Shown: one piece after another, positions 8,836 to 18,225 of the stretch
Position numbering within the stretch: the stretch's first letter is position 1
How the letters are laid out: every line of letters starts with the position of its first letter
DNA from: a virus
Lineage: Duplodnaviria > Caudoviricetes
Length of the DNA: 43,465 nt
Virus record (IMG/VR): IMGVR_UViG_3300021516_000010
Location: 1-43,465 of that record
Strand: one strand, 5' to 3'
Made by a program: the position numbers and the translations under genes
The notes under the pieces: model-generated
The model's input: the letters and a program-made list of their open reading frames with translations, nothing else
Databases searched by the model: none
What the model was told of the DNA's origin: nothing

Positions 8836-9167
8836 GAATTGTCTCGGTTTTTGAAAGAATTATCTTTGAAGTGACTGTACGTGAGTAGGAACGGGAGAAT
8901 CGGCGAAATGATAATTACTACGACGATAGCAATTGTGATTCCAACGAAGTAACCGACGACGCTAAATAAACGCGGAGTGACTGGCATTTCAAAGTGAGGT
9001 TCTTCAACGCTGCGCTGGACGTTCAACATGAAGTCGCACCATAGCGCGTCAACCCAACGAGAAGCTTTTGACGATTTGATGCATTCGTCGACCCATACTT
9101 TTGCGGGTTGACTCATTGCGAGTTCGACGAGGTCATCGTCTTTTGGTTTTATAGAACGGTAGGACAT
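8832..9167 (-). CDS. Hypothetical membrane protein
   Basis: 111 aa with a C-terminal hydrophobic segment; overlaps both neighbours. Confidence 0.55.
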   Translation of the reverse strand: MSYRSIKPKDDDLVELAMSQPAKVWVDECIKSSKASRWVDALWCDFMLNVQRSVEEPHFEMPVTPRLFSVVGYFVGITIAIVVVIIISPILPFLLTYSHFKDNSFKNRDNS

Positions 9168-9364
9168 GATTTGCGCGAGATGAAACGTGGACGTGGTTTG
9201 ACGTGGCAGACGCCAACACAGATGCGGTGGATCTGCGTCAGGTGAACGTGGAACTTTTTAGCAAGTTCGCGATACGTCGTATTGTAGGTTCGTCGTTCGC
9301 GTTTGATGGCGTCGACTTGATGGGCGGATAGTTTGTAGTTGGCCATAGAATCAAAATGGTTCAA
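9149..9364 (-). CDS. Small HTH DNA-binding protein
   Basis: KLSAHQVDAIK...TYRELAKKFHVHLTQIHRI; the true start may be MANY. Confidence 0.7.
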   Translation of the reverse strand: MNHFDSMANYKLSAHQVDAIKRERRTYNTTYRELAKKFHVHLTQIHRICVGVCHVKPRPRFISRKSCPTVL

Positions 9365-9635
9365 TGTCTTCGTTAATCAAGGTAAACGGTAATTCTTTGA
9401 CTGACTTTTTAATGTGGCAACGGCGACAAAGCAACTGCAGATTTTTAAGTTCATACTGTCGGCGGTAGAAGCTCGTGCACTTCACGTAGCCAAAAGTGTG
9501 ATGGGCGTGTCCTTGCGGGATGATGCAATCAAATTCTAGATTTCGAGAAGCGGAACATGACACGCACACTCCGCCCAGTTTGAACGTCAATTCAAACCGG
9601 GCGCTGCGAGCCCAATCAACTTGGCGTTTGCTCAT
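9351..9635 (-). CDS. HNH-like Zn-binding endonuclease
   Basis: CVSC...LEFDCIIP...NLQLLCRRCH..K; the first catalytic His position is Cys. Confidence 0.7.
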   Translation of the reverse strand: MSKRQVDWARSARFELTFKLGGVCVSCSASRNLEFDCIIPQGHAHHTFGYVKCTSFYRRQYELKNLQLLCRRCHIKKSVKELPFTLINEDIEPF

Positions 9636-9702
9636 TCAATTCAAGTTCAGGGTGAGATTGTTCAAGGCAATTGGGACAGATCATATGGGTGTGGTATTAG
9701 CG

Positions 9703-11547
9703 TTACTTCTTGTAGTATTTGGAGGCTTCGAACTCGACGTCCATAGGACAACCTTCGAGCCATTCGGGCGTCTGTCGAAGGATTTTAGCGATGGCTTGTG
9801 GATCCACCTTGTCGTCGACTTCGACAACGATTTCATCGTGAATCGACATTAGCGGGTCGTACCCGGCGTCAATCAAATTCAAGATGCCGTCGCGTAGAAC
9901 ATCTCGGGCAGTTGCTTGAATTAGGTTTTCAGTAAGCAACCCGCCATAAATAGACCGGTGAGCGTAACCCATCCACGACTGAGCCATGACTTGCGTCCCG
10001 AATTTGGGATGCTTCATACGCTTCAAGTTGAAGTACCGCAATGGACGGCCAGATGGCAACTCAATAATCCAAGCGCCAGACGGGTTGGTGACAGCGTTAG
10101 TTTTTGAAACAGCCTCAGCGTGCAACCTGTCCCATAAAGCTACGACACCTTTGTTTGTAGCGCGATACGCGAGGACTGTCTTTTTACTTTCGGCCAGTGT
10201 GATGTCGTAGTTCGCCATTGTCTTTGCGGCATGAACGAATTTCGGAGCGCCGCATTGGTAACCGAGTCCGAGGACACGCGCTTTTGCGAGACGATAGAGT
10301 AGGTCGTTTTCTTTCTTCAACACTCCGCCTTTCCAATCCATCGTCTGTCGAGCATGAGCTTCATACACGCTCATTCCGGTAGCGAGGAGTTTGAGAGCTG
10401 GTTCATCATCGGCAAACCACAACAAGATGCGAGCTTCGATTTGGGCCCAGTCAGCGATGATCAATTTCTTCTTCGGTCGCGAAATGATAATGTTACGTAA
10501 GTTAACGCCACAGATGGGTTCGCGTGGAAAGTTCTCCATGTTCAATCCACCGTCGCCAGAGAACCGGCCCGTATGGGCGCCGTAATACTTCTTAGAGAAA
10601 GTCAAGATGCCATCGCACTGACGCATTCGAATCGCATGCAACACGGCTAACACGCGGTTGACGCTTCGATATTCTTGCATCGCTTTGACGAATGGCGCTT
10701 TGTCAGAGTACTCATCGAGCCACATGTCAAAATCAACGGATGTCTTTGCCGTCGATTTGGGTGGAGGAATACCAACATCACGGCAAGCTTGGGCAAGAGC
10801 TTTCGATGACGTGGGTTTCGAATCTGAGTCATCATTCAACCACGGGATTATTTCACTGACTTCGTTGAGACGAGTCGATAACTTACGAATGCTTGTGTTG
10901 AGCAATTTGACGTCAATCGCCACGCCTCGCATCCCACTCTCAGTCGTCCATTGAGACAACCGCCACTCTTCAACGGGCATCATTTCGTGAAAGTCTTCAT
11001 AAAGTTGCCACGCATAGATTGAATCGTGCATAGCGTACTCAGCCAGCGCGTTGGCTTTGCCTTCACGTATGGCGTCGTTAAACGTCCGGCCCTTCATCCA
11101 ATCTCGCATGCCTTTTGACAACTCGATGTCGAACAGCGCTTTGCAAGCGCCGGCCAAACTACGAGGAGCGCCAAGGAATGCGGCAAGCGCGGCGGTATCA
11201 CGCCAAGACCCAAGGTCTAACGACTTCGGACATTTCTTCCACCAACTTTCTCGTTTGGCCGCGTTAAAGATCGTCCAATCAAACTGAGCGTTGTGGGCCA
11301 CGACTTGGCGACCTTTAAGACTCGCCCAATCAAAGTCTTTAGGGTGACCCACGTACTTGATAGACCCCTCTGGCCCGTCGTAGACAGACACCATGTAAGC
11401 TTCAAATTTGGGATGGCGAGTATATGCTTCGGCTCCGAGCGTGGAGACAGAGCATTCATTGTCATAGTAAGACTCGAAGTCTACGACGACGTGTGAAAGA
11501 GCGACGGGTTTTCGTGTCGCGACCGGTTTCTTTTTGAGCGTGGGCAT
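9703..11547 (-). CDS. polA: Family A DNA polymerase with 3'-5' exonuclease
   Basis: Exo motifs DFES, AHNAQFD, YAMHD; polymerase motifs HTGRFS, ADWAQIEAR, KARVLGLGY, SIHDE. Confidence 0.95.
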   Translation of the reverse strand: MPTLKKKPVATRKPVALSHVVVDFESYYDNECSVSTLGAEAYTRHPKFEAYMVSVYDGPEGSIKYVGHPKDFDWASLKGRQVVAHNAQFDWTIFNAAKRESWWKKCPKSLDLGSWRDTAALAAFLGAPRSLAGACKALFDIELSKGMRDWMKGRTFNDAIREGKANALAEYAMHDSIYAWQLYEDFHEMMPVEEWRLSQWTTESGMRGVAIDVKLLNTSIRKLSTRLNEVSEIIPWLNDDSDSKPTSSKALAQACRDVGIPPPKSTAKTSVDFDMWLDEYSDKAPFVKAMQEYRSVNRVLAVLHAIRMRQCDGILTFSKKYYGAHTGRFSGDGGLNMENFPREPICGVNLRNIIISRPKKKLIIADWAQIEARILLWFADDEPALKLLATGMSVYEAHARQTMDWKGGVLKKENDLLYRLAKARVLGLGYQCGAPKFVHAAKTMANYDITLAESKKTVLAYRATNKGVVALWDRLHAEAVSKTNAVTNPSGAWIIELPSGRPLRYFNLKRMKHPKFGTQVMAQSWMGYAHRSIYGGLLTENLIQATARDVLRDGILNLIDAGYDPLMSIHDEIVVEVDDKVDPQAIAKILRQTPEWLEGCPMDVEFEASKYYKK

Positions 11548-11571
11548 AAGGAAAGAGAAGTGAGAAGACGA

Positions 11572-11811
11572 TCAGTTTGAAATTGGTGAGAGACCGAGCA
11601 AAGCGAAACGCTTGCGGCGAGCCGCGGCTTCTTTGCTTCGATAATGGTTATGAAGAGCGACGGCGCGAGCTCGTTTTTCGAAAACTTGCATAGCGCCGGC
11701 ATCACCGAGTTTGTATGGACCACCTTTACGCTTTGGATTCGCAGCGGCTTTGGCGATGACGATGAGGTCACGTTTGGTAGGACCTTTGGGGTCAAGAACA
11801 GGAAGGGACAT
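11572..11811 (-). CDS. Small basic hypothetical protein
   Basis: 79 aa, CTTCCTATC-ATG leader, fills the gap between the SSB-like gene and polA. Confidence 0.6.
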   Translation of the reverse strand: MSLPVLDPKGPTKRDLIVIAKAAANPKRKGGPYKLGDAGAMQVFEKRARAVALHNHYRSKEAAARRKRFALLGLSPISN

Positions 11812-11914
11812 GATAGGAAGAGATGAAATTGGTGAGCCACCACATTGTCAGTAGGTTGCTCAGTCCCTGTTCGAGCGCGTTTGAATTTCCCAAAGCTAAC
11901 GCGCTTAGAATTAG

Positions 11915-12784
11915 TTACGCGGTCAAGTATTTCAGGAACTCGATGAACTCGTCTGGGTGAGTCCCGGTGCGCTTCATCACAGGGACGAAGACGAAGTTGC
12001 CGTTCACCTTTTCGCGTTTGGCTCCGAGGGCCCATGCACCAGCGACCAGTCCGCGGTTTTTCAAGTCGGACATGGCGACAGCGTTGAACACGAGTTTTGC
12101 AGCTCGTGTGTACGAGGAACCTTTAGTCTTATACAGTGCCAAAGCATACGAACCGTTGAGAGCTTTATTCGCTTTGTTCTCCGCTTCGAACTGATGCGGG
12201 AAGTTCGCGAGAATCGTTTCGTCAGACGTCTCAGGAGCTTTGACCACGACGAGCATAGTCGCAATTGGAGAGAATGGAGGCTTTTTGTTGTTCACCCACT
12301 CAGTGTGCCCGCCCGCTTCGATCACTTCGCGCTCGGTAGCAAAAATGCGCGGACGGTTTTCATCGCCGTACTCAATGTTCTCTTCGTATTCTTTTTTGAC
12401 GCGAAGCACCGTGATTTCGAGTGGAGTTGGGTTGTCCTTGTCTGGCTCGTCGGTGATTGGGATTTCGCCGTTGAGCACGATGACGCCACCGTCAAAGTTT
12501 TCAGAAAGCGGTCCGATGCTCTGAACGATTTTCAACGAAGGAGTCGTCAAGTCAGACCGGTTAATTTCGCCTTCCACATCGCCGTTTGATGGGGCCGACG
12601 ACCGTGAGGTAGTAGCCAATTGGCTCGTAGGTTCAGTGTCATCATGATGAACTGGAGGCGGAGTAGCATTTGGGCCCTTCAGCGAAGTTCGAGATGCCGG
12701 AGTGAGAGCGCGCTTGACGGGAAGAGTTGCGGGTTTTTTCGCAGGTTCAGCGACGGGTTTTTTCTTAGCAAGTTTAGTAGCCAT
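11915..12784 (-). CDS. Putative ssDNA-binding protein
   Basis: Likely start MATKLAKK after a CA-rich leader; GEINRSDL..PSLKIVQ core; lies between the nuclease and polA. Function inferred from synteny. Confidence 0.55.
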   Translation of the reverse strand: MATKLAKKKPVAEPAKKPATLPVKRALTPASRTSLKGPNATPPPVHHDDTEPTSQLATTSRSSAPSNGDVEGEINRSDLTTPSLKIVQSIGPLSENFDGGVIVLNGEIPITDEPDKDNPTPLEITVLRVKKEYEENIEYGDENRPRIFATEREVIEAGGHTEWVNNKKPPFSPIATMLVVVKAPETSDETILANFPHQFEAENKANKALNGSYALALYKTKGSSYTRAAKLVFNAVAMSDLKNRGLVAGAWALGAKREKVNGNFVFVPVMKRTGTHPDEFIEFLKYLTA

Positions 12785-12895
12785 GGTGTGTGTAGTGTGT
12801 TTGTTTACGTTTGTAATTGCTGTGTGCAATTAAATGGATTAGACCATATGTGGTTGAGATGTAAATCAGAACGTTCGTTATATTCTCGGCCGCAT

Positions 12896-14260
12896 TTAGT
12901 TCTTAAGCTTTGGATAGAATGAAGGTGAACCGTGGCCGATGAAGCCGCGTTGAGTTAGACGTCGTGTCAATTCAGAGTTCAGTTCACTCGCTTCTTCTTT
13001 CGACTTGCCACTCGCAATCAGTGCGTCTTTGACGCTCTCACCCGTTTTGTTGGGAGTGCGAGTGTCTAACAGATTGAAGACGAACTCGTCGTCGATGAGT
13101 TCTTTGTCAATGATCCCATTCAACAACCCCTTGTTCAATATTTCGTTACGTAACTCAAGAGGCGTAATGACTAAGAACGCTGAGCCGTCGCGGTCTTTAA
13201 GTTCAACGGATGGTAGATCGTATCCGGCCAACAACATTTGAGTCACTTGGTCTTTGACAGAGTCGTGAAGTTTCTTTAGTGGCGCCGAGATTGTGTACAA
13301 AGCGTTGAGCACATTTGGATCCACAATCGTCTCAGCGGTTTTTTCACGGAGCACCTTCAGAGCTTTTAGATGTTCGGGCGACAGCGTCTCAGACGTGTGT
13401 TCTACGAATTGAACTGTGGCTTTCAAGAACGCTGGGCACATGCTTTTGCGACCGCACCCATCGCACGTCGTGGGCACAAGGTTCACTGGCCTTTTGTCCA
13501 CTGGCAATTTCGTAGCGAGGTACGCGCCACTCAAGTACTCATACAATTCGTCAAGTCTTTTTGCGTCGAACTCTGCAGATGTCACCATGTCGCGCTTAGG
13601 TTGGACGAACCACGTTCTTACTCGAGGCGCCTTCATTTCAAATCGAAGTGAGGCGGCGTAACACCAACCTTGAGCATTCGTTTCAGCCGCTTCGACTAAC
13701 ACCTTGCCAAACTTCCAATCAACAACGTCAACGTGAACAACTTGGTTTTTTGAATCGCGCACGGCGATCAGCCAATCGATATAGCCATTGCTGACGCCTC
13801 GAAGAATGGGCAACTTAAGCTCTGTCGACTCGATGTGCGTGAACCCTTTCGACTTGGGATAACTTGTTTCAACAAGCTCTCGCAGTTGACGTTTGAATGC
13901 GATGCATGAGTGCACAAGCTTCGCAGCGTCTAGGTCGAGGCCTTTGACGTTGTCTGACTCAGTATGCTTGTGCAACTTCGTTCCTTCGTCTGCAGCGGAA
14001 CGGTCTTCAGTTGGGTCTTCCCACTCAGGATAGTACGACGAACAGTTGATGAAATGTTTAGAACCAGACGGCGTGAATCGTCCGATGTCCGTGGGCTTTG
14101 GGAGATGACTAATGGCCAATTTAGCTTGAGCAACGGCAGCAGGTCGAACCTCGTCGAGACGGACTTGTCGTGGGTTTGCTTTTTCAACTGACTTAGAGAC
14201 TGGCGTTTTGGTCACTGTAGAGGGCTTCTGTTTCTTGACGATGGTGGATACCTTAGGCAT
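12896..14260 (-). CDS. PD-(D/E)xK exonuclease (DUF2800/Cas4-like)
   Basis: TPSG...C, AADEGTKLH, GYID, VVDWKFG, NAQGWCY, CDGC...CP; likely start MPKV at CATATG. Confidence 0.85.
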   Translation of the reverse strand: MPKVSTIVKKQKPSTVTKTPVSKSVEKANPRQVRLDEVRPAAVAQAKLAISHLPKPTDIGRFTPSGSKHFINCSSYYPEWEDPTEDRSAADEGTKLHKHTESDNVKGLDLDAAKLVHSCIAFKRQLRELVETSYPKSKGFTHIESTELKLPILRGVSNGYIDWLIAVRDSKNQVVHVDVVDWKFGKVLVEAAETNAQGWCYAASLRFEMKAPRVRTWFVQPKRDMVTSAEFDAKRLDELYEYLSGAYLATKLPVDKRPVNLVPTTCDGCGRKSMCPAFLKATVQFVEHTSETLSPEHLKALKVLREKTAETIVDPNVLNALYTISAPLKKLHDSVKDQVTQMLLAGYDLPSVELKDRDGSAFLVITPLELRNEILNKGLLNGIIDKELIDDEFVFNLLDTRTPNKTGESVKDALIASGKSKEEASELNSELTRRLTQRGFIGHGSPSFYPKLKN

Positions 14261-14309
14261 ATGTTTGGATGGTTTGAGATGAGGTTGAGAGTGGGTGGCT
14301 GATAGCGAG

Positions 14310-14561
14310 TTAGTGGCGGAGGCGGCGGCGTAGATCAATAGTCGTTTTGATGTCCGCGACCAGCGCTTCGACTGAGTGACCTTGAAGCCCGCGGTCTTTG
14401 TTGTCATACGGATCCACATCAACAATACAATATCGATAAGTTGTATGATCCCACCCGTGTCGTCGGTGTCCGATGGTCACGTCGAGGATGTAGAGTTTGC
14501 TTTCGCGGTATGTGGTAAATAACGCGGTGCCGGGTAGTGGTGGTTGCTTTTGGTTGCTCAT
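14310..14561 (-). CDS. Hypothetical protein
   Basis: 83 aa, CATATG start, fits between the helicase and the nuclease. Confidence 0.6.
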   Translation of the reverse strand: MSNQKQPPLPGTALFTTYRESKLYILDVTIGHRRHGWDHTTYRYCIVDVDPYDNKDRGLQGHSVEALVADIKTTIDLRRRLRH

Positions 14562-14573
14562 ATGTGGTGTGGG

Positions 14574-16010
14574 TTAAAAGGAAATTCCAGAGGTAAGGTC
14601 TCCGTCGTTGAGGAGGTTGAGATTTTGAATTTTGCGACGGACGGCTTCACACGCTTGCTCTTCGATAGTGTCGGCGGCGAAGACGATTTTTTGAATGCTC
14701 TTCGACAGTCCTCCTTGGCGCCACACTCGTCCGATGGCTTGCTTCAATTGCACCGCCGAATAGTTGGGTGAGATAATGGAGAACCTTGGATGGTCACCGC
14801 TGAGATCATGTAAGTTGACGCCAGTGCCACCGGCCGCGATATTGCAGACAATCACACGGACTTCGTTTGATTGGAATGCTTCAATATTCTTTTCACGTTC
14901 GTCGCCACTCTGGCCACCTGCGATTTTTGATACGCGAATCTTTTTCTTCGTCAACCGTTCGGCGATAAGTTCAAGTGAAGGTGTGAAGTTGACGAAGATC
15001 GCAACACTGTGCCCATCTTCAAGAGCGTCCATGCACATTTCAACGTAGGCGCTGCACTTCAACAATTCAGCTCGTTGGCGAGCTTCAAGGAGGATCGCGA
15101 AAATCGACTGACTGTAATTCATGGTGCGCTCGTCCAACTTCGCTAAAGCTTGTTGCATATCAGCATAGACGTGATTAAGCTTCGAAGTCTCGCCGTTCAT
15201 TCCCGCAGCGACTGCTGTGACCTGACTTTCAGGGAAGCGGTCACCCAGTTCTGAGATGCGAATGCGGTAACCGCGGTTGGGAAATAATTGCTTGTGCAGA
15301 GCAAACATGATTGCCTTGTTTCTCGCATCGTTAGCGTCGAAGTCAAGGCCACCCCATTCGTTATTCTCCGCGCCATGAGACCTGGCCCATTGGAAATAGT
15401 TGGTGAGGTTGTGCAGACCGAGTGAGAATCCAATTGCTCGCATTTCAAGAGGAGACACCGCTAACGTCGCAGACGCCATGTAGATTCTCACGCCCTGTTG
15501 GCGAGCTGCGATCAACATTTTGGCGTTCTGTGAAGAATGAGCTTTGCAACGGTGAGCTTCATCAAACACCACCAAGGCGTCAGACGGGACGTGCCACACA
15601 AACTTTCCGTCGGCTTCAGACTTCGTCGGAGTCACCCATTTGAGATGCGGGAGGTTGCACCCTCTGAGCTTTTCGTAACCGACCACGTCAATCGCGGTGA
15701 GTTTGAATTTTGCAATGACTTTGCGCCATTCGGGAATCACAGACTTCGGACACACCACGAGCAAGCGGAGTTTCAATTCGCGAGCCACGCCACAAGCGAC
15801 GTAAGTTTTTCCGGTGCCAGTGTCTGATGCATCGACCGTCGCGTTGAAGGCCGCGATCGCTTTGGCATTGTACCACACTGCGGGTATTTGGTAATCCAGA
15901 AGGCCGGAAGGATTGACACGTGACGGGTCTGAGACGTTATACTCGACGCGGCCAAACGGGGACTGCGATGGAGCCGCCACGCCGGTGAAAGAGGAGAGAG
16001 ACATTTTCAT
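14574..16010 (-). CDS. SF2 (SNF2-like DEAH) helicase
   Basis: DTGTGKT, VVCPKS, FDEAH, SAT, AGGTGVNL, QAIGRVWR motifs. Confidence 0.93.
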   Translation of the reverse strand: MKMSLSSFTGVAAPSQSPFGRVEYNVSDPSRVNPSGLLDYQIPAVWYNAKAIAAFNATVDASDTGTGKTYVACGVARELKLRLLVVCPKSVIPEWRKVIAKFKLTAIDVVGYEKLRGCNLPHLKWVTPTKSEADGKFVWHVPSDALVVFDEAHRCKAHSSQNAKMLIAARQQGVRIYMASATLAVSPLEMRAIGFSLGLHNLTNYFQWARSHGAENNEWGGLDFDANDARNKAIMFALHKQLFPNRGYRIRISELGDRFPESQVTAVAAGMNGETSKLNHVYADMQQALAKLDERTMNYSQSIFAILLEARQRAELLKCSAYVEMCMDALEDGHSVAIFVNFTPSLELIAERLTKKKIRVSKIAGGQSGDEREKNIEAFQSNEVRVIVCNIAAGGTGVNLHDLSGDHPRFSIISPNYSAVQLKQAIGRVWRQGGLSKSIQKIVFAADTIEEQACEAVRRKIQNLNLLNDGDLTSGISF

Positions 16011-16058
16011 AAGGAAGAGGAAACGATACTAATTGGATTGAACGAGATGTAAACTGAA

Positions 16059-16084
16059 ATGCGTTGTCGGATGCGCATCCCCCG
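16059..16084 (-). ncRNA. Compact H-type pseudoknot element, copy 1
   Basis: CGGG-GG-AUGCG-CA-UCCG-ACAA-CGCAU; both stems pair, and copies 2 and 3 covary. Confidence 0.6.
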
Positions 16085-16093
16085 TTGTGAGTG

Positions 16094-16330
16094 TTAATCA
16101 AGGTCTTTCGTTTGGCACTCTTCGCACCATTGGCCGCCACCTTGCAACATGGAGAGCGGGAAACGTTCGCCGCAGTCGCGGCATTTGCATTCGATTTGTG
16201 AAAGCCACAAATCTTTACCGACGCAAAGACCGGCGATGTCAGCCGGAATAACTTGGCCAGTCGAGAGTTTCACAGCGCGTTCGCCTTGTGCGTTTTTGAT
16301 GATCTTGAACGACGGAGTAGTGTTTGTCAT
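16094..16330 (-). CDS. Small Zn-finger protein
   Basis: CRDC...CEEC; first gene after early promoter 1. Confidence 0.7.
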   Translation of the reverse strand: MTNTTPSFKIIKNAQGERAVKLSTGQVIPADIAGLCVGKDLWLSQIECKCRDCGERFPLSMLQGGGQWCEECQTKDLD

Positions 16331-16352
16331 ATTTTTGTTTTGTTAGTGTTGA

Positions 16353-16440
16353 GTGGCAGCGGCCACGATCAATATCTAACACACTCAAATCCTGCGTAAA
16401 ATCAATTATGCATATTTGCGCATTTAAGCAACGTACGGGC
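16353..16440 (-). promoter_or_regulatory. Repeated early promoter 1 plus +1 hairpin
   Basis: TTTACG-N16-TAGATA, upstream TAAATGCG..ATGCA box, hairpin GTGGC-CGCT-GCCAC; homologous to 18123-18210 and 19991-20077. Confidence 0.65.
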
Positions 16441-16665
16441 CAAACTCGTACTTCATACAAACTGGCCCGTACGTTCCGGTGTATGTGGAGTCCTATTGGA
16501 AGCGAGCGTCCGTGAGGCTCTCCGTGAGGTTGGTGAAGGACCGTGCCGGGCGATGGTGGTCAATCCAACGCTTCAACCAAGACTCACGACGGTCAGTTTC
16601 TTTAATAGCAAACCGACGGTCAGTGACAGTGGCTCGTGGGATGAGACGAGAAACAGTGGGAGATT

Positions 16666-16848
16666 TCATACGAGATTTTTGAGTTCGATTTTGCTGACGA
16701 GAGTGCGAGTGGAGACGAGGCCGATGCGTTCTTGAAGAATCCGACGAGCGGATTTCGGTGTGGATGCTTCGATAGTTGTGGTGCCGGTGGATCCAAATGG
16801 CTTCGACCATTTGAAGGTGTAGGAGTATAAAGGGCGTTGACGTTTCAT
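16666..16848 (-). CDS. Small basic hypothetical protein
   Basis: 60 aa with a CA-rich leader. Confidence 0.5.
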   Translation of the reverse strand: MKRQRPLYSYTFKWSKPFGSTGTTTIEASTPKSARRILQERIGLVSTRTLVSKIELKNLV

Positions 16849-16931
16849 AGCGTATGGGATGTTGAGGTTGTCGTTGAAGTGAGAAAAATAAAAGCACCAA
16901 CTGAACGTTGAGATTCAGTTGGCGCTCTGGG

Positions 16932-17270
16932 TCAGTCTGCGCGTTTCATCCAGTTTTTCAACCGGGTAATCCACGGCAGCTTCATAGGCACCGCATTCAC
17001 GGCGTCCAATTGGTTGTCCAATACGTAGACGCTGTTCGACGTAATGACGATTTTCGGAGCGACTCGCGTTATCGCTTCAACTCGAGCTCGTCGAAGTTCG
17101 ACTTGCTCGAGTGTTTCGATGCGCGGAGTTTTTGCGACGACCGTCGTCACTGCGAGTTTCGTAGGCTGTTGCACGAATACCATCGGTTGGCTCGCTGTGT
17201 GACGCAGAGTGAGTGCGGCAGCTGAGAGTTTATGACGGGTCGTCAACGGCATTGCAGTTTTCGTTTGCAT
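16932..17270 (-). CDS. Hypothetical protein
   Basis: 112 aa, CACACCCAC-ATG leader following pseudoknot copy 2. Confidence 0.6.
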   Translation of the reverse strand: MQTKTAMPLTTRHKLSAAALTLRHTASQPMVFVQQPTKLAVTTVVAKTPRIETLEQVELRRARVEAITRVAPKIVITSNSVYVLDNQLDAVNAVPMKLPWITRLKNWMKRAD

Positions 17271-17298
17271 GTGGGTGTGTGGTGTGTTGTATGTTGTT

Positions 17299-17324
17299 AC
17301 GCGTTGTCGGATGCGCGTCCCCCG
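17299..17324 (-). ncRNA. Compact H-type pseudoknot element, copy 2
   Basis: CGGG-GG-ACGCG-CA-UCCG-ACAA-CGCGU. Confidence 0.6.
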
Positions 17325-17335
17325 TGTTGAAATGT

Positions 17336-18079
17336 TTATGCAGACAGGGCGGGTGTATTGATACCAACCACTGAGTCTACGAGACGGTAGAGGTTGTCGC
17401 CACGGCGAGGAAGATCAAACACGTTGACGGACTTGAAGAAATCCGTGTAAGCGTTGAACAAGCGCCACATCGTCTTGCCATCGGCTGAGAATTCAGGATG
17501 ATCAGGAGTCCTCCACTGCTTGAGGATGTGTGGAACATCCGAGGCGCTGATGACGCTTTGGTCGATAGACTGGATCAAAATGTCGTGGGCCATCGAGTCG
17601 TTGAGTTCGAATTGACGGTAGGCGAGGAAGCGGTCGTCTTGGATTTTGTAGTCGCCCATCAGTTGTTCAACCACCGTTTCAACCTGCTGGTCGAGGCGAA
17701 GGTCGATTTTGCTTGTGTGACGTTCAGTGAACTTACGTTCGCCGCTGAAGATGCCGTTGCTGCACACCATCACTTGGCTACCAGCGACGCCACCAGCTGC
17801 ATACGTTTTGTCATGGGAATTGCGAACACCGACGACCAGTTGGAAGTCCTTGTTCGCATGGTCTTTCTTAGTGACGTTGATGCGGCCAAAATAACGTTTG
17901 TCGTTGTGGCTGGTCGTGTGAGAACCGCTGACGACTTTGAAGCCGCGGCGGACGATGGTTTTCGCGAACATTTCAAAAAGTTCGTGGTGAGCGACTGGCT
18001 GCCAAGTTTTCGTAGCGTGTGGCAACTTAATAGCAGCCAATTGAGTGTGTGTAAGGGAACGAGGAGCGTTGGTTTTCAT
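17336..18079 (-). CDS. DUF932-like protein
   Basis: TWQPVAH, GVRNSHDK, G.QVMVCSNG.F, HT, MWRLFNAYT motifs. Confidence 0.8.
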   Translation of the reverse strand: MKTNAPRSLTHTQLAAIKLPHATKTWQPVAHHELFEMFAKTIVRRGFKVVSGSHTTSHNDKRYFGRINVTKKDHANKDFQLVVGVRNSHDKTYAAGGVAGSQVMVCSNGIFSGERKFTERHTSKIDLRLDQQVETVVEQLMGDYKIQDDRFLAYRQFELNDSMAHDILIQSIDQSVISASDVPHILKQWRTPDHPEFSADGKTMWRLFNAYTDFFKSVNVFDLPRRGDNLYRLVDSVVGINTPALSA

Positions 18080-18088
18080 AGGATCGGA

Positions 18089-18120
18089 TGTTGATGTTTT
18101 GTTGATGTTTTGTTGATGTT
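18089..18120. repeat. 11-bp tandem repeat (TGTTGATGTTT) x~3 in a 5' leader
   Basis: Read directly between promoter 2 and the DUF932 start. Confidence 0.85.
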
Positions 18121-18122
18121 GA

Positions 18123-18210
18123 GTAGCGTCGGCTACAAACGGATACTAATAATTTACGCAAGAATGTAAAATCAATTGTGCATTCTTACGCATTTAGTCG
18201 GCGTACGAGA
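18123..18210 (-). promoter_or_regulatory. Repeated early promoter 2 plus +1 hairpin
   Basis: TTTACA-N16-TAGTAT; hairpin GTAGC-CGAC-GCTAC starts 7 nt after the -10. Confidence 0.7.
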
Positions 18211-18225
18211 GGTTGTTCGTACGTT

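Noticed and set aside
11481-12035. 184-aa alternative-frame minus-strand ORF
   Set aside because: Overlaps the SSB-like gene, the 79-aa ORF and polA, and crosses structured intergenic DNA.
14261-14425. Extended N-terminus of the nuclease ORF (509 aa as listed)
   Set aside because: It overlaps ORF 14310..14561; the CA-rich leader and CATATG at 14260 give a better start. The same applies to 12785-12829 of the SSB-like ORF.
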